Shown here: positions 1 through 11,200 of the stretch, in pieces
Position numbering within the stretch: position 1 is the first letter of the stretch
Layout of the letters: each line of letters starts with the position of its first letter
Origin: Tubiluchus corallicola
Lineage: Eukaryota > Animalia > Priapulida
Reading direction: 5' to 3'
NCBI GenBank assembly: GCA_030141605.1
Contig: JAQGDQ010000572.1
Location: 74,264-138,263 of the forward strand
DNA: 64,000 nt
Position numbers and translations under genes: made by a program
The notes under the pieces: generated by a model
The model's input: only the letters and a program-made list of their open reading frames with translations
Told to the model about the DNA's origin: nothing
Databases searched by the model: none

Positions 1-810
1 GACTCGCATTAATTATTTATAATCTTAACTTCACGAACGTCAGATCGTGTTGGACTGATCTTCAACGAACTCACGTTTTATTTTAATTTTCGAAACTGAG
101 CGTGATCGGCGTGAAAGAAATAAAACTCGAAACCTGCTGCTTGTGGAAAACATACTCAAACTGGGCCTGGAATAAACCAGGAAATTGTGAGGAACCAATA
201 GCGTTGTGCTTGAATATGACAGTTTTAAATGACACTATTGGCCAGTAACGGTTTGGAAAAAATATTGCAGCTATTTTTGATAATTTGGCTAGCTTACTTT
301 TCACTTTATTTAATTTGTTTTTTACAGATCAAGTTGCTAAGTAAAATAGTAATAATGTAACTTCACTACTATTCATGAGTGAAATAGCTACAGTGTCATC
401 CCAATAATCACCTACATCCATTGAAGGATGGCTTGACTAATTGACCTTCTTGGTCTTTCGCCATCCTATTTCCATTGTAATAATTAAATACATTTACTTG
501 CCTCAGTTATATCATGAATATGGAAATAAATGCACATTTTGAATTGATAATGTTCTTATATTCACTAAGTTCACACGTTTTTTTTTCTTTCATTTCAGCC
601 TCGTCAGCCTTTGTGAACTGATGAATCGGAATATTTGGTGAACGAATCAAATACCAGAATCTCATATTTATGAATTTCAAATCGAAGAATTGAAAGTAAG
701 TATTCTGCTGTGCGTGGTTATATTAACAATCCATGTAAGTAGAATTACAGTTACTATTAGCTCCAGCGAAAAATGTGTTGAGCAAAACAGATTTTATTCA
801 TTTTTGTTAA

Positions 811-1468
811 AGGACGCAGAAAGGTGTGCCTGAAGTAGGTTTGAGAAAAATCGCCTTAAAAAAATATATGACTTTATAGCAATTTTATGCGTATATCTTA
901 CTCACATTGAAAGGAATTTTCGTTTGTTTTCATTTTAAATCTCCCTCAATGCTGTTCCGATGTCGCCATTACATGACGTCATGTACCAAACGTAAATCAA
1001 GGGAAGAAAAGGCAATGTTAAATTATGTCTCAAAAGACTTTCCATGCAAATCTAATACTATGTAACTAGAAATGAAAATTATTAATTATTTAAAATGTTT
1101 TCACCAATTGGTAAAATATCACTGACTCACCCTCCAAGGTGCGCCACTCACTAACCAAAAAACGTATTTTTAATCTCATTGACAAAATACAGTAATTTTA
1201 AATTTTATTTAGTTAGTGACTTGTGTGCTACAAATGCTCTGATTATTTTTTCAAACTTTACAAAATGTTATCTAAACTTGCTTCAAATGACCTGTCGTCA
1301 AAATGACTGCGTCTAACGGTCATCGCGGGAGTTTAAATTTACATGTTTTATACAGCGTGACTGCCGATTGAAGTCCTGCACGTAAAAAGGCAGCATGTAA
1401 GCGATATAAAATTTCAAAACGAATTTTTTAAGCTTTATGTTTATGAAGGGTTTTCTTGTGCTTTAAGC
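811..1468 (+). mobile_element. Non-autonomous DNA-element copy (Kolobok-like TTAA|AGG left end)
   Basis: Colinear with the reverse complement of 16209-16850; starts TTAA-AGG. Confidence 0.6.
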
Positions 1469-1657
1469 AGTACGCTGCTGTATTGTTTTGTACCTTTCTG
1501 ACTAGAGTTTATGCCTTCGTGGTTGTTTGGCACCTTCTTAAGATAATGAAAGGCTTTTAAGAAAATTTTCAAGTTTTTATACATTCGAAAAAAGTGTTTA
1601 CAAAATCCTAAACTGCTTTACTGTACTGTATAGCTTCTCTAGCATTTTTACATTATC

Positions 1658-2087
1658 GTTTGATAATGGTAATCACCTGCATTCTTTTTCCACAGTAATC
1701 TTAATAAAACTTGACGATGCTCAACACGTTACTGAACACTTTATAATCATGATCACAGTTTTTCTTAGTTCTCGCTCCATTTCATCTTTCATTCACTACT
1801 TCCCCCCCCCAACATTTATGTATACATTATCATTATTTCAATTATTAATCACTTCTTTAAGATTTCCACTTACAGTTTGGCCTGTCAAGCTATGCTTTTA
1901 GGCTCAAACTGTATGCATCAAAATTATTCTGTAATGTAATTTGCACGTGTATATGCTACATAAGAATCTCTTTTGTAATTTCTGGATAACATTGCATTTA
2001 TATTTATATTTACTTCAGTGAAATTATCTGTATTTTTATTATAACTGTTAGAAGCAGAGTGGAAATAAATAAACTTATAACTTATAA
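1658..2087 (+). mobile_element. Short retroposon (LINE 3' end / SINE-like)
   Basis: Stem-loop tacagtttg..aagctatgctt..caaactgta, then AATAAA and an (ACTTATA)n tail; near-identical inverted copy at 5308-5733. Confidence 0.7.
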
Positions 2088-3477
2088 AAGTTCAGCGCAT
2101 TAATCGATGCTATTTAAACTTGTTTAAAAATATGCATGTAGGTGAGTTACTTTTTTTGCTAGCTTTAGAATATCTTGAACTTCAAAATGGTCTTAGAATG
2201 AGTAAAGATATTTGATAAACATGATTCCAACTTCTTAATAATATTCATGCGGATAGGCCTCTAACACCGAACATGTTTACTTTCAACTGACGGAATGAAG
2301 CATTAATTATTCGATTTTCAAACCTAGCTTCTCTGAAAGAAAATGTGAAAAACTCAGACAGAGCTTGGATTTGAACCACGATCCTTATAATTGTAATTTC
2401 ATTGTTTTCATTGCCGTTGAGACTAAAAAGATTATGAATAATTCTTATTATTTCCTCCTGCTGGTTTATTCTTTTACCAGTTCTGAGAAATCGGTTGCCA
2501 AAAATTATAATTCTTATTACCTATATACTTTCACCTATACTTATACTATGTTTATACTTATACCTATATACTTATACTATATACTTATACCTATATATAT
2601 ATATATATATATAATCTTTATTTGCCATAAAAAATCGATATTCATAACTATAAAAGCATAAAAGAACATGGCAGCATGAGAATAAAATTCACACAACTGT
2701 TAAAGGCAAATGCGCCCAGTGCAAACTAAAAACTACTGTGCCAAAATTTTAAAACAAAATAAAATTGAAAATAAGCGAGAAACGTTTTGTCGTTTCACAT
2801 CATGACTTGCAATTTGTAACCCCTAGCAACCGCCTCCCCTGAAGTAGCAGCCAGATCTATAATAACGCTAGTAAAAATAGTATTATTGACTTTTCCCATG
2901 TTTCTCTGGTAATAAGTATTGGTCTGCCTGATACGGTCTGTTGACAGCGTAACCCTATATGTGTGTTTGAAACTGACGCGTTTGAAGCTGCATTTTAAGA
3001 TAGTAACGCTGATAAATTTATTTGCTTACTCCACTTGTTTGTATTGGAGAGCTGCGCGGGTGATTTAAGACTGCGATGACGCCATCAGTTCAAAACAAAA
3101 CAGCTACAGTTTTGGCTTAGAGCTCCGGCAAGAGAAGGATTAGAGTAGCTACGCAGCCAGAATCATTGGAAGTCATTAAAACTGGTACAGAACCGGGAAA
3201 GTAAAGCCGCCTCACTCCTGCTGTATTGAAAGGCAAATATTGAACGTTTGAATTCACATTTTGGGCAGTTTAAAAAGAAGATTTTACTTTCCCCGTTTTT
3301 GTGGGTAAAGATATTAGGCGATTCTGAACTAAACTTCTTGGTTCAGTGCATGTGGTTTTTGTCTTTTGGCATTTCGTTTTTTATTCGTGCCTGTTTGCTT
3401 ATTATATAGTAAAAGCTACCGTTACGTTTAATAGCCTGCATGTGCGATCTTTTTTGGATTTTCTAAATACCCAAAAG

Positions 3478-3990
3478 TTAGTTTTTGAAAGGATTTTTTT
3501 ACTATGCTAGTTTTTGAAAGGATTATTTTACTATGCTAGTTTTTGAAAGTTTTTTTACTATGCTAGTTTTTGAAAGGATTTTTTTACTATGCTAGTTTTT
3601 GAAAGGTTTTTTTACTATGCTAGTTTTTGAAAGTTTTTTTTACTATGCTAGTTTTTAAAAGGATTTTTTGACAAGGTTAGTTTTTGAAATGATTTTTTTA
3701 CTATGCTGGTTTTTGAAAGGATTTGTTTGACAAGGTTAGTTTTTGAAAGGATTTTTTTACTATGCTAGTTTTTGAAAGGTTAGTTTTTTCACTATGCTAG
3801 TTTATTCACTGTGCAAATGGATTCATTTGCCAAAGGTTAGTTTTTGCAATAGTGTTTTTTACTGATGCTAGTTTTTGATAAGCGATTTTTTTACTATGCT
3901 AGTTTTTGAAAGGTTTTGCGTTTTAGCTATGCTAGTTTTTGAAAGGTTTTTTTACTACTGACTAGCTTTTCTTGAAAGGATTTTTTTACT
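3478..3990. repeat. ~30-bp minisatellite
   Basis: Unit TAGTTTTTGAAAGGATTTTTTTACTATGC, degenerate at the 3' end. Confidence 0.9.
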
Positions 3991-4387
3991 ATCAGCTGAG
4001 TTCCAATCTATGCATTTCTGAATATCATTTGAAAGAACTGCATAGCTTTTCTTGGAAATGTTTTATCAATTGACAATATCAGCTGACTTCCAATTTACGC
4101 ATATCTGAGTGTCTGAATATTGGGTTGTTGTTTGGTCAGAGATCTCTGTCAGATAACCAGAAACTGTAACGGCCTCGAGTCTGAGTTTGTTGACGACAGT
4201 GTTTTTGTGCATACGTAGCCTAAAAGCCCCTCCTGGTGGCAGGTGACGACAACCAGGAAGTATTGCACGTAATAATGTTTTATGGCTTAGCTTCAGATAA
4301 GCGATTAATAAATTATGAGTTGTTTTTGTACCGTTTCGCTCGCGCCTGGTTCTATAAATAGCGCATTCCGTTTGATTAGTTTTTCTG

Positions 4388-4645
4388 ACGTACGCATTAC
4401 GTCACGTACGCATTACGTCGTGAGCGTACTTTGTACATTTCTTTGTTTACATAATGTCAAGTGGCAGGCCTCCACAGTATATTTATACCATCCGTGCGTT
4501 TTCTGCAAAACCAGTTCTTGTGTGAGAAACGTTTGCTGATAATATTACCTAAGTTTACCTTTGTTCGGGGTGTTAACTTTATTTCTATCTGTGATTTTGA
4601 TGTGATAAGATGTCGACGGTGTCGAATTACGAATATCAGGTAGGT
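4388..4645 (+). promoter_or_regulatory. Candidate FRMD8 promoter / non-coding first exon
   Basis: Duplicated GTACGCATTACGTC (CRE/ATF-like TTACGTCA), locally CpG-rich, donor-like CAG|gtaggt at 4640. Confidence 0.3.
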
Positions 4646-5307
4646 TTTGAGGCTTGTAAGTGTTGTTTACTGTACGCTATGTCATGTTGAGTTGTCGAAG
4701 ATTGTACGGATACGCGTGTTGCCATATAGGTCTAAGTTTAGATAGATTTGATAGCACATTCTTCGTGAGATAAACAAAAGTTTTATATTACTTTGTATTG
4801 TCAATAAGATCAATCGCGTTTTTTGGTGAATCAGTGGTGCACTCTGGGAAGGTGATACAGTGCTGTTTTATACAGTAGTCACGAATATTTTAAATTATTA
4901 AGACTCCTTTTCTAGTAACATAAATCCTTCAAACTAGTTAGCATAATCCAGAGCAATATAACTTACCGTGAAAAGTGTTTTGTAACATACCTTTTTCTTT
5001 TCATTTTCATTTCTTTTCTTTTCATTCCCTTTAAGTCAGTGTACGTGAATATGCAGTCAGAACTAGAGCTAAGGTGTCTTGAATCACGAAAAGGTTGTAA
5101 CAATGGATTATTGTTGGTCTTGACTTGAACCAAGCTGTGACTGGTAAACATTTCGTCTGCTGTTAAACAACTTTGCTTTATAAACCTTCATCTAACTCTT
5201 GAGCAAGCAAGCAGTCAGTTTTAGAAAATCTTTAGGTTTTTGAAGCCAATTAGTTGGTTTAGCAAGTATTTGCCAGTTCTACTTCAGAAGTTACAATTCG
5301 TCTTTAG

Positions 5308-5733
5308 TTATAAGTTATAAGTTTATTTATTTCCACTCTGCATCTAACAATTATAATAAAAATACAGATAATAGATAATTTCACTGAAGTAAATATAAAT
5401 ATAAATGCAGTATTATCCAGAAATTACAAAATGCAGCATATACATGTGCAAATTACATTACAGAATAATTTTGATGCATACAGTTTGAGCCTAAAAACAT
5501 AGCTTGACAGGCAAAACTGTACGTGGAAATCTTAAAGAAGTGACTAATAATTGAAATAATGATAATATATACATAAAAGTGGGGGGGGGGAGTAGTGAAT
5601 GAAAGATGAAATGGAGCGAGAACTAAGAAAAACTGTGATCATGATTATAAAGTGTTCAGTAACCTGTTGAGCATAGTCACGTTTTATTAAGATTACTGTG
5701 GAAAAAGAATGCAGGTGATTGCCATTATCAAAC
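5308..5733 (-). mobile_element. Inverted copy of the 1658-2087 retroposon
   Basis: Reverse complement with the same 5' boundary and tail. Confidence 0.7.
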
Positions 5734-6164
5734 TGTGTTACTCTTAATACTTTTGAAATATTTTTTTTCTGACGGTTTTTTAAATTTGATTACACCTGTC
5801 TGATTGCACTCGTACAATTATAAATTGAATCTACAGTAATTAATGTTCTATTAGGAAATGATACGGGCTCGGTTGTAATGAATTACTGCTGTTTCAGTGT
5901 AAGCAGTTTCTCATTTGCGATACTTATGTTTTTGCGATTAGTCAAATTTTCTCAAGCTCTCAGTGAAATTATTCTTAATGTTATTTTGGCCTTATTTCTT
6001 GTGTGAATCTGAGTAATTAGTTTTAAAGTTTGTTATTGTGCAACATCTGTGCATTGTCACCTGGTCGTGATGTATTCCAGGATTCAGTTTTGCCTGCAGG
6101 TAATGGTGAAATACACCTTTGTATTGAGAGAGAGTATTGCTCAGCAGTTTTGTGTTTCGCATCG

Positions 6165-6530
6165 TTAGCAAGAGAACTCACCCAAAAACCATTTATGATG
6201 GGGCCCTAGACGTTTATTACGTGTCTAGAAGCTATAAGAACACTTTACTCACCCAAAAACCATTTATGATGGGGCCCTACACGTTTATTACGTTTCTAGA
6301 AGCGGTAAGAACACTTTACTCACCCAAAAACCATTTATGATGGGGCCCTAGACGTTTATTACGTTTCTAGAAGCTATAAGAACACTTTACTCACCCAAAA
6401 ACCATTTATGATGGGGCCCTAGACGTTTATTACGTTTCTAGAAGCTATAAGAACACTTTACTCACCCAAAAACCATTTATGATGGGGCCCTAGACGTTTA
6501 TTACGTGTCTAGAAGCTATAAGAACACTTT
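6165..6530. repeat. 70-bp tandem repeat, ~5 copies
   Basis: Unit contains ACTCACCCAAAAACCATTTATGATGGGGCCCTAGACG. Confidence 0.95.
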
Positions 6531-6920
6531 AGTAGCAGAATATTTGGAGCGTTGGCGAATTTTCAAGACATTCTGTTGATATATTATGCGAGAAACTTGA
6601 ACAAGAACATTGATAGAAGTGATAAGAACAGTTTAGTAGCAGAATATTTGGAGCGTTGGCGAATTTTCAAGACATTCTGTTGATATATTATGCGAGAAAC
6701 TTGAACAAGAACATTGATAGAAGTGGTAAGAACAGTTTAGTAGCAGAATATTTGGAGTGTTGGCGAATTTTCAAGACATTCTGTTGATATATTATGCGAG
6801 AAACTTGAACAAGAACATTGATAGAAGTGATAAGAACAGTTTAGTAGCAGAATATTTGGAGTGTTGGCGAATTTTCAAGACATTCTGTTGATATATTATG
6901 CGAGAAACTTGAACAAGAAC
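6510..6920. repeat. 104-bp tandem repeat, ~4 copies
   Basis: AGTAGCAGAATATTTGGAG recurs at 6531, 6635, 6739, 6843. Confidence 0.95.
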
Positions 6921-7190
6921 GTTGAATTAGAATTATATTGAAAGTTTTAGAATTGAGTATTTCATACGAAAGGATTTACTCTGTAGGTAGACGGCAGAAA
7001 AGCCATTATCATAATGATTTTGGAAAAACTTAATAACTGCATAAAGACCTTAAGCTCAAAAACGCAGTTTATAGTTGCCAGGGGATCATCACTGAGATTT
7101 TTTTAATCAATTGATGATTTTTTCGACTAATACCTGTCAGGTTGCTAGTGGGATTCTGAATAGTTGAACATACAAGCGTATTTAGTGACC

Positions 7191-7825
7191 TGAATTAAGC
7201 GAGTTTTTGGCACTGTGCCGGATTTTCTTATGCCACGCAATTCCCGTGTTCCTTAAGCATGTTTTAATGATGCTAGGAATTAAGCGAGCTTTTGGCACTG
7301 CGCCAGATTTTCTTATGCCATGCAATTCCCGTGTTTCTTAAGCATGTTTTAATGATGCTAGGAATTAAGCGAGCTTTTGGCACTGTGCCAGATTTTCTTA
7401 TGCCATGCAATTCCCGTGTTTCTTAAACATGTTCTACTGTTTTAATGATGCTAGGTATTAAGCGAGCTTTTGGCACTGTGCCAGATTTTCTTATGCCATG
7501 CAATTCCCGTGTTTCTTAAGCATGTTCTACTGTTTTAATGATGCTAGGAATTAAGCGAGCTTTTGGCACTGTGCCAGATTTTCTTATGCCATGCAATTCC
7601 CGTGTTTCTTAAGCATGTTCTACTGTTTTAATGATGCTAGGAATTAAGCGAGCTTTTGGCACTGTGCCAGATTTTCCTATGCCATGCAATTCCCGTGTTT
7701 CTTAAGCATGTTCTACTGTTTTAATGATGCTAGGAATTAAGCGAGCTTTTGGCACTGTGCCAGATTTTCTTATGCCATGCAATTCCCGTGTTTCTTAAGC
7801 ACGTTCTACTGTTTTAATGATGCTA
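7191..7825. repeat. 85/93-bp tandem repeat, 7 copies
   Basis: TTAAGCGAG at 7195, 7280, 7365, 7458, 7551, 7644, 7737. Confidence 0.95.
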
Positions 7826-8107
7826 TGAATGAGCATTCTTTCCCCCTATCGGAAAGAAAATTCGGATTGAATTGAATTTTTCACTTTCAAACTCGAATCA
7901 AATCGAATTCCAGGATTTCGATCCGAGTTTTAAAGATTTTCGAATGATTTATTGAAGTTTGATAACATGTGCAGCAACTGTTCATGTTAACCTAAACCAA
8001 AGTGCATATGTGATGTTTGTCTGTTTGTTTGTTTGTTTACAGAAAGACTGAGAAAGTGAAACTTGTTTGTTTGTTTACAGAAAGTGAAACTTGTGCAGTT
8101 GCAAACG

Positions 8108-8228
8108 ATGGATGAAATGTTGGGCGAAACGACGGCTAACGGTATGCAGATGAAGACGTATCGTTCTAATCCAAACGACAACACCCTAGTCATTCCACTA
8201 GAACGGGATAGTTCCCGGGAAGAAACAG
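8108..8228 (+). CDS. FRMD8: FRMD8 coding exon 1 (putative, MDEMLGETT...SREET)
   Basis: ATG follows TTTACAG acceptors (AG ending at 8042 and 8080); weak donor CAG|gtcatc; phase 1 fits the next exon; no recognised homology. Confidence 0.55.
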
Positions 8229-11200
8229 GTCATCATCTAAAATATTTACATTTCTTTTTTTTGGCAAATCTTACTATAACATGCACATGTGTTCTTTTTT
8301 GTCTCACGCTGTCAGTATGTTTAAAGCACTGCTGATTAATGCGCAAAACTAATTTAAAGGACAAGGATATAAATTTCTTCTCAAACTTCCAAGCCTGTCT
8401 AACAGATGGAGCCATTTAAGATGTTCTGACTGTTGACATACATATAAAAAGAGTCTTCATTCATACTTTTACAGTTGCTAAATCACAAAACTACTAGTGC
8501 ACAAATCAAATTCAAAATAGTTTATTAATTTAACATATATCATAGTCACAATAAGTTATGTACAATTTTGAAATACAATATGTAATTAGTAAAGTGAAAA
8601 CTTTAGTAAACCAGTAAAATAAATCACTGGTTTAGTGAAAATAAATTACATTTTTTCACCGATAATCGTGATATAATTTTTTTTTGAACTTCTGATGCAT
8701 TCTGGGATTGTGCGTCAGTTAAGTAATGATACATTTTTCTGGCTGATTTAAACAGTTCGAGTTCCTAACAAATTTCTTTCCTTCTAAGGATCTTTCCTCC
8801 TTTCTTTCTTAAGAATATGAAGTATGTTGCTAGACGTATAACTTCATTGTTTAGTTTTTCTGAAACCTTTAAATTTGTTGTTCTTCTCCTTTAAGTAAAG
8901 TAAACATTAAAGTAAAATAACGCATTTTATTTTTTTACATCATATTACAAAGCATGAAAGGATGAGCATTAAATTTGGAGTATTGAGAAACGCTGCCTCA
9001 TAAGAGACAACAATTCATGTACTCGGTGTAAAAGCATCAAACTTGTAATTTCATTGTCTGAACAAGTAAATTTTTTCATCAGTCTGTCACTGCAACAAAC
9101 AGCAGCCTTCTTTTGGAAACTGCTCAGAACGTTCCAAGGTTATTGCATCTTTTGCTAAAAAGTGGTGAAATTGTTTAAGTTGGCACTCGAGTGGATACAT
9201 ACAATGAAAACCCGTGAAATTAATGGATCTAAACATTATGAAGTAACTCAACTTATTTTTTTCTTGAAATATGCTTCCAGTATATTCCACAATGCTTCAT
9301 GCTGGAAATTTATAAACTTAGGTAGAGTTATAAATTTATTAAAGTACATCAGTTAAGAGCAACTTTTAAAAGCATATTAAAGAACTTATATTAAAGTACA
9401 TCAGTTAAGAGTAATTTTTAAAAGTATATTAAAGAACTTATATTAAAGTACATCAGTTAAGAACAATTTTTAAAAGCATATTAAAGTACATCAGTTAAGT
9501 GCAACTTTTAAAAGCATATTAAAGCACTTATATTAAAGTACATCAGTTAAGAACAATTTTTAAAAGCATATTAAAGTACATCAGTTAAGAGCAACTTTTA
9601 AAAGCATATTAAAGCACTTATATTAAAGTACATCAGTTAAGAACAATTTTTAAAAGCATATTAAAGTACATCAGTTAAGAGCAACTTTTAAAAGCATATT
9701 AAAGCACTTATATTAAAGTACATCAGTTAAGAACAATTTTTAAAAGCATATTAAAGTACATCAGTTAAGTGCAACTTTTAAAAGCATATTAAAGCACTTA
9801 TATTAAAGTACATCAGTTAAGTGCAATTTTTAAAAGCATATTAAACGTGAATGTTTCAAAGCGTAACTTGTGAATTATAAAGTTAATAGAAGTGGCCTAG
9901 TCTGATGTAACATTAACGGCTTAAATGCATACTTGACATATTTTAAGCATAACATAAACTTACGAACAAACAACTCAACTTTTTATGGAAACCCGTTGAT
10001 GTTCCAAGTTTAGGAAATTTAGATTCTTGGAATTTTTTCGGTTTTACGTGGCTTTAAATATTTGCTGCCATTTCGCGAAGCTGAGTATTTCAAACAAAGT
10101 GAACTCGAACGATAAACTTTAAACAAAATAGCCTGTCGAAACCGATAGAAATTAAAGACTCGTAAGCCAAGTTTTTTTTCTTCTATTAGTCATAACACAT
10201 AGCAATATGTATATGTCCATTTACCATCAGAAGAACTAATTGAGGATTCTTCGTTTTTATAAGATAAGTTAAAATATATTTATTTATCTCCTGGAAGTTT
10301 ATCAGTACACAGAAACATTCTGACATTTTTAGGTTTAGTACAATGAAAAATATTTTGTAGTGTAGAAGGAAGTACAAATATAATGTAGTGTAGAGAAAGG
10401 GTGGGGAATGACCTTAAGGTCAGCTATGTCAACCACCCTTATTTTAGAAATTCTGTATTTTTCATACATGGCTGAATAAGCTGATGATTGTGAAATTCAG
10501 TTGTTAAAATTCATAAAGATACCAAACCCTTGAACACGATAAAATACTGACAGTTTCACAATAGGAGAACTGAATAATATAAACAAAAGCACAATTAAAA
10601 ATTAACAAAATTAATGCAAAATCGGAATTAATTGACATAATATAATTTTAACCCTTTCAGTCCCAAATTATTTTTTTAATAAGAAAAACTTTTTTAAAAA
10701 CAAAACAAAAACAAGAAATGTGCTTCATTTTGCAACTGCTGATAATTTTTGAAAGTATTTAAGACATTTAGTATTCATGCTATGCTGATCTGTACAAAGT
10801 CGTATCTAAAGTACTATACCTTTTGCAGTTTTTTATGCTATGTAGTTTTCTAGTTTGCCATTTTATCACCATTTTAGTCTATTGTTATTGGCTTAAATCA
10901 AAATAACTATTAACAGATCAAATAACTGTCAGTTTTAAAATTTTATTATTTTAAAGGCAGAAAATATTCTCGTATCCCACGGGATACAACGGAGTGTCCA
11001 TTTCAGGATAAAAGTAACAAAAAACTCTAAGTAAATTGTTATAATTTTTGATATCATAGTCTCCATGTTGCTTGAATGTTGATTTTTATGTATTGACCGA
11101 ACTATGTTCTGTCTTAACTTGCTAAAACGAGTAATAATCATTTACAATTACACGGCTAATCCAAGCACCGATAACTAATCTTTTGTCCTTTGCGATTTAT

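Noticed and set aside
610-660. Hammerhead ribozyme at CTGATGA
   Set aside because: No correctly placed GAAA or flanking stems; other CTGATGA hits are in exons or repeats
4227-4242. CTCF-like motifs (also ~16018 and ~48467)
   Set aside because: Short matches judged by eye; unsupported without PWM scoring or ChIP data
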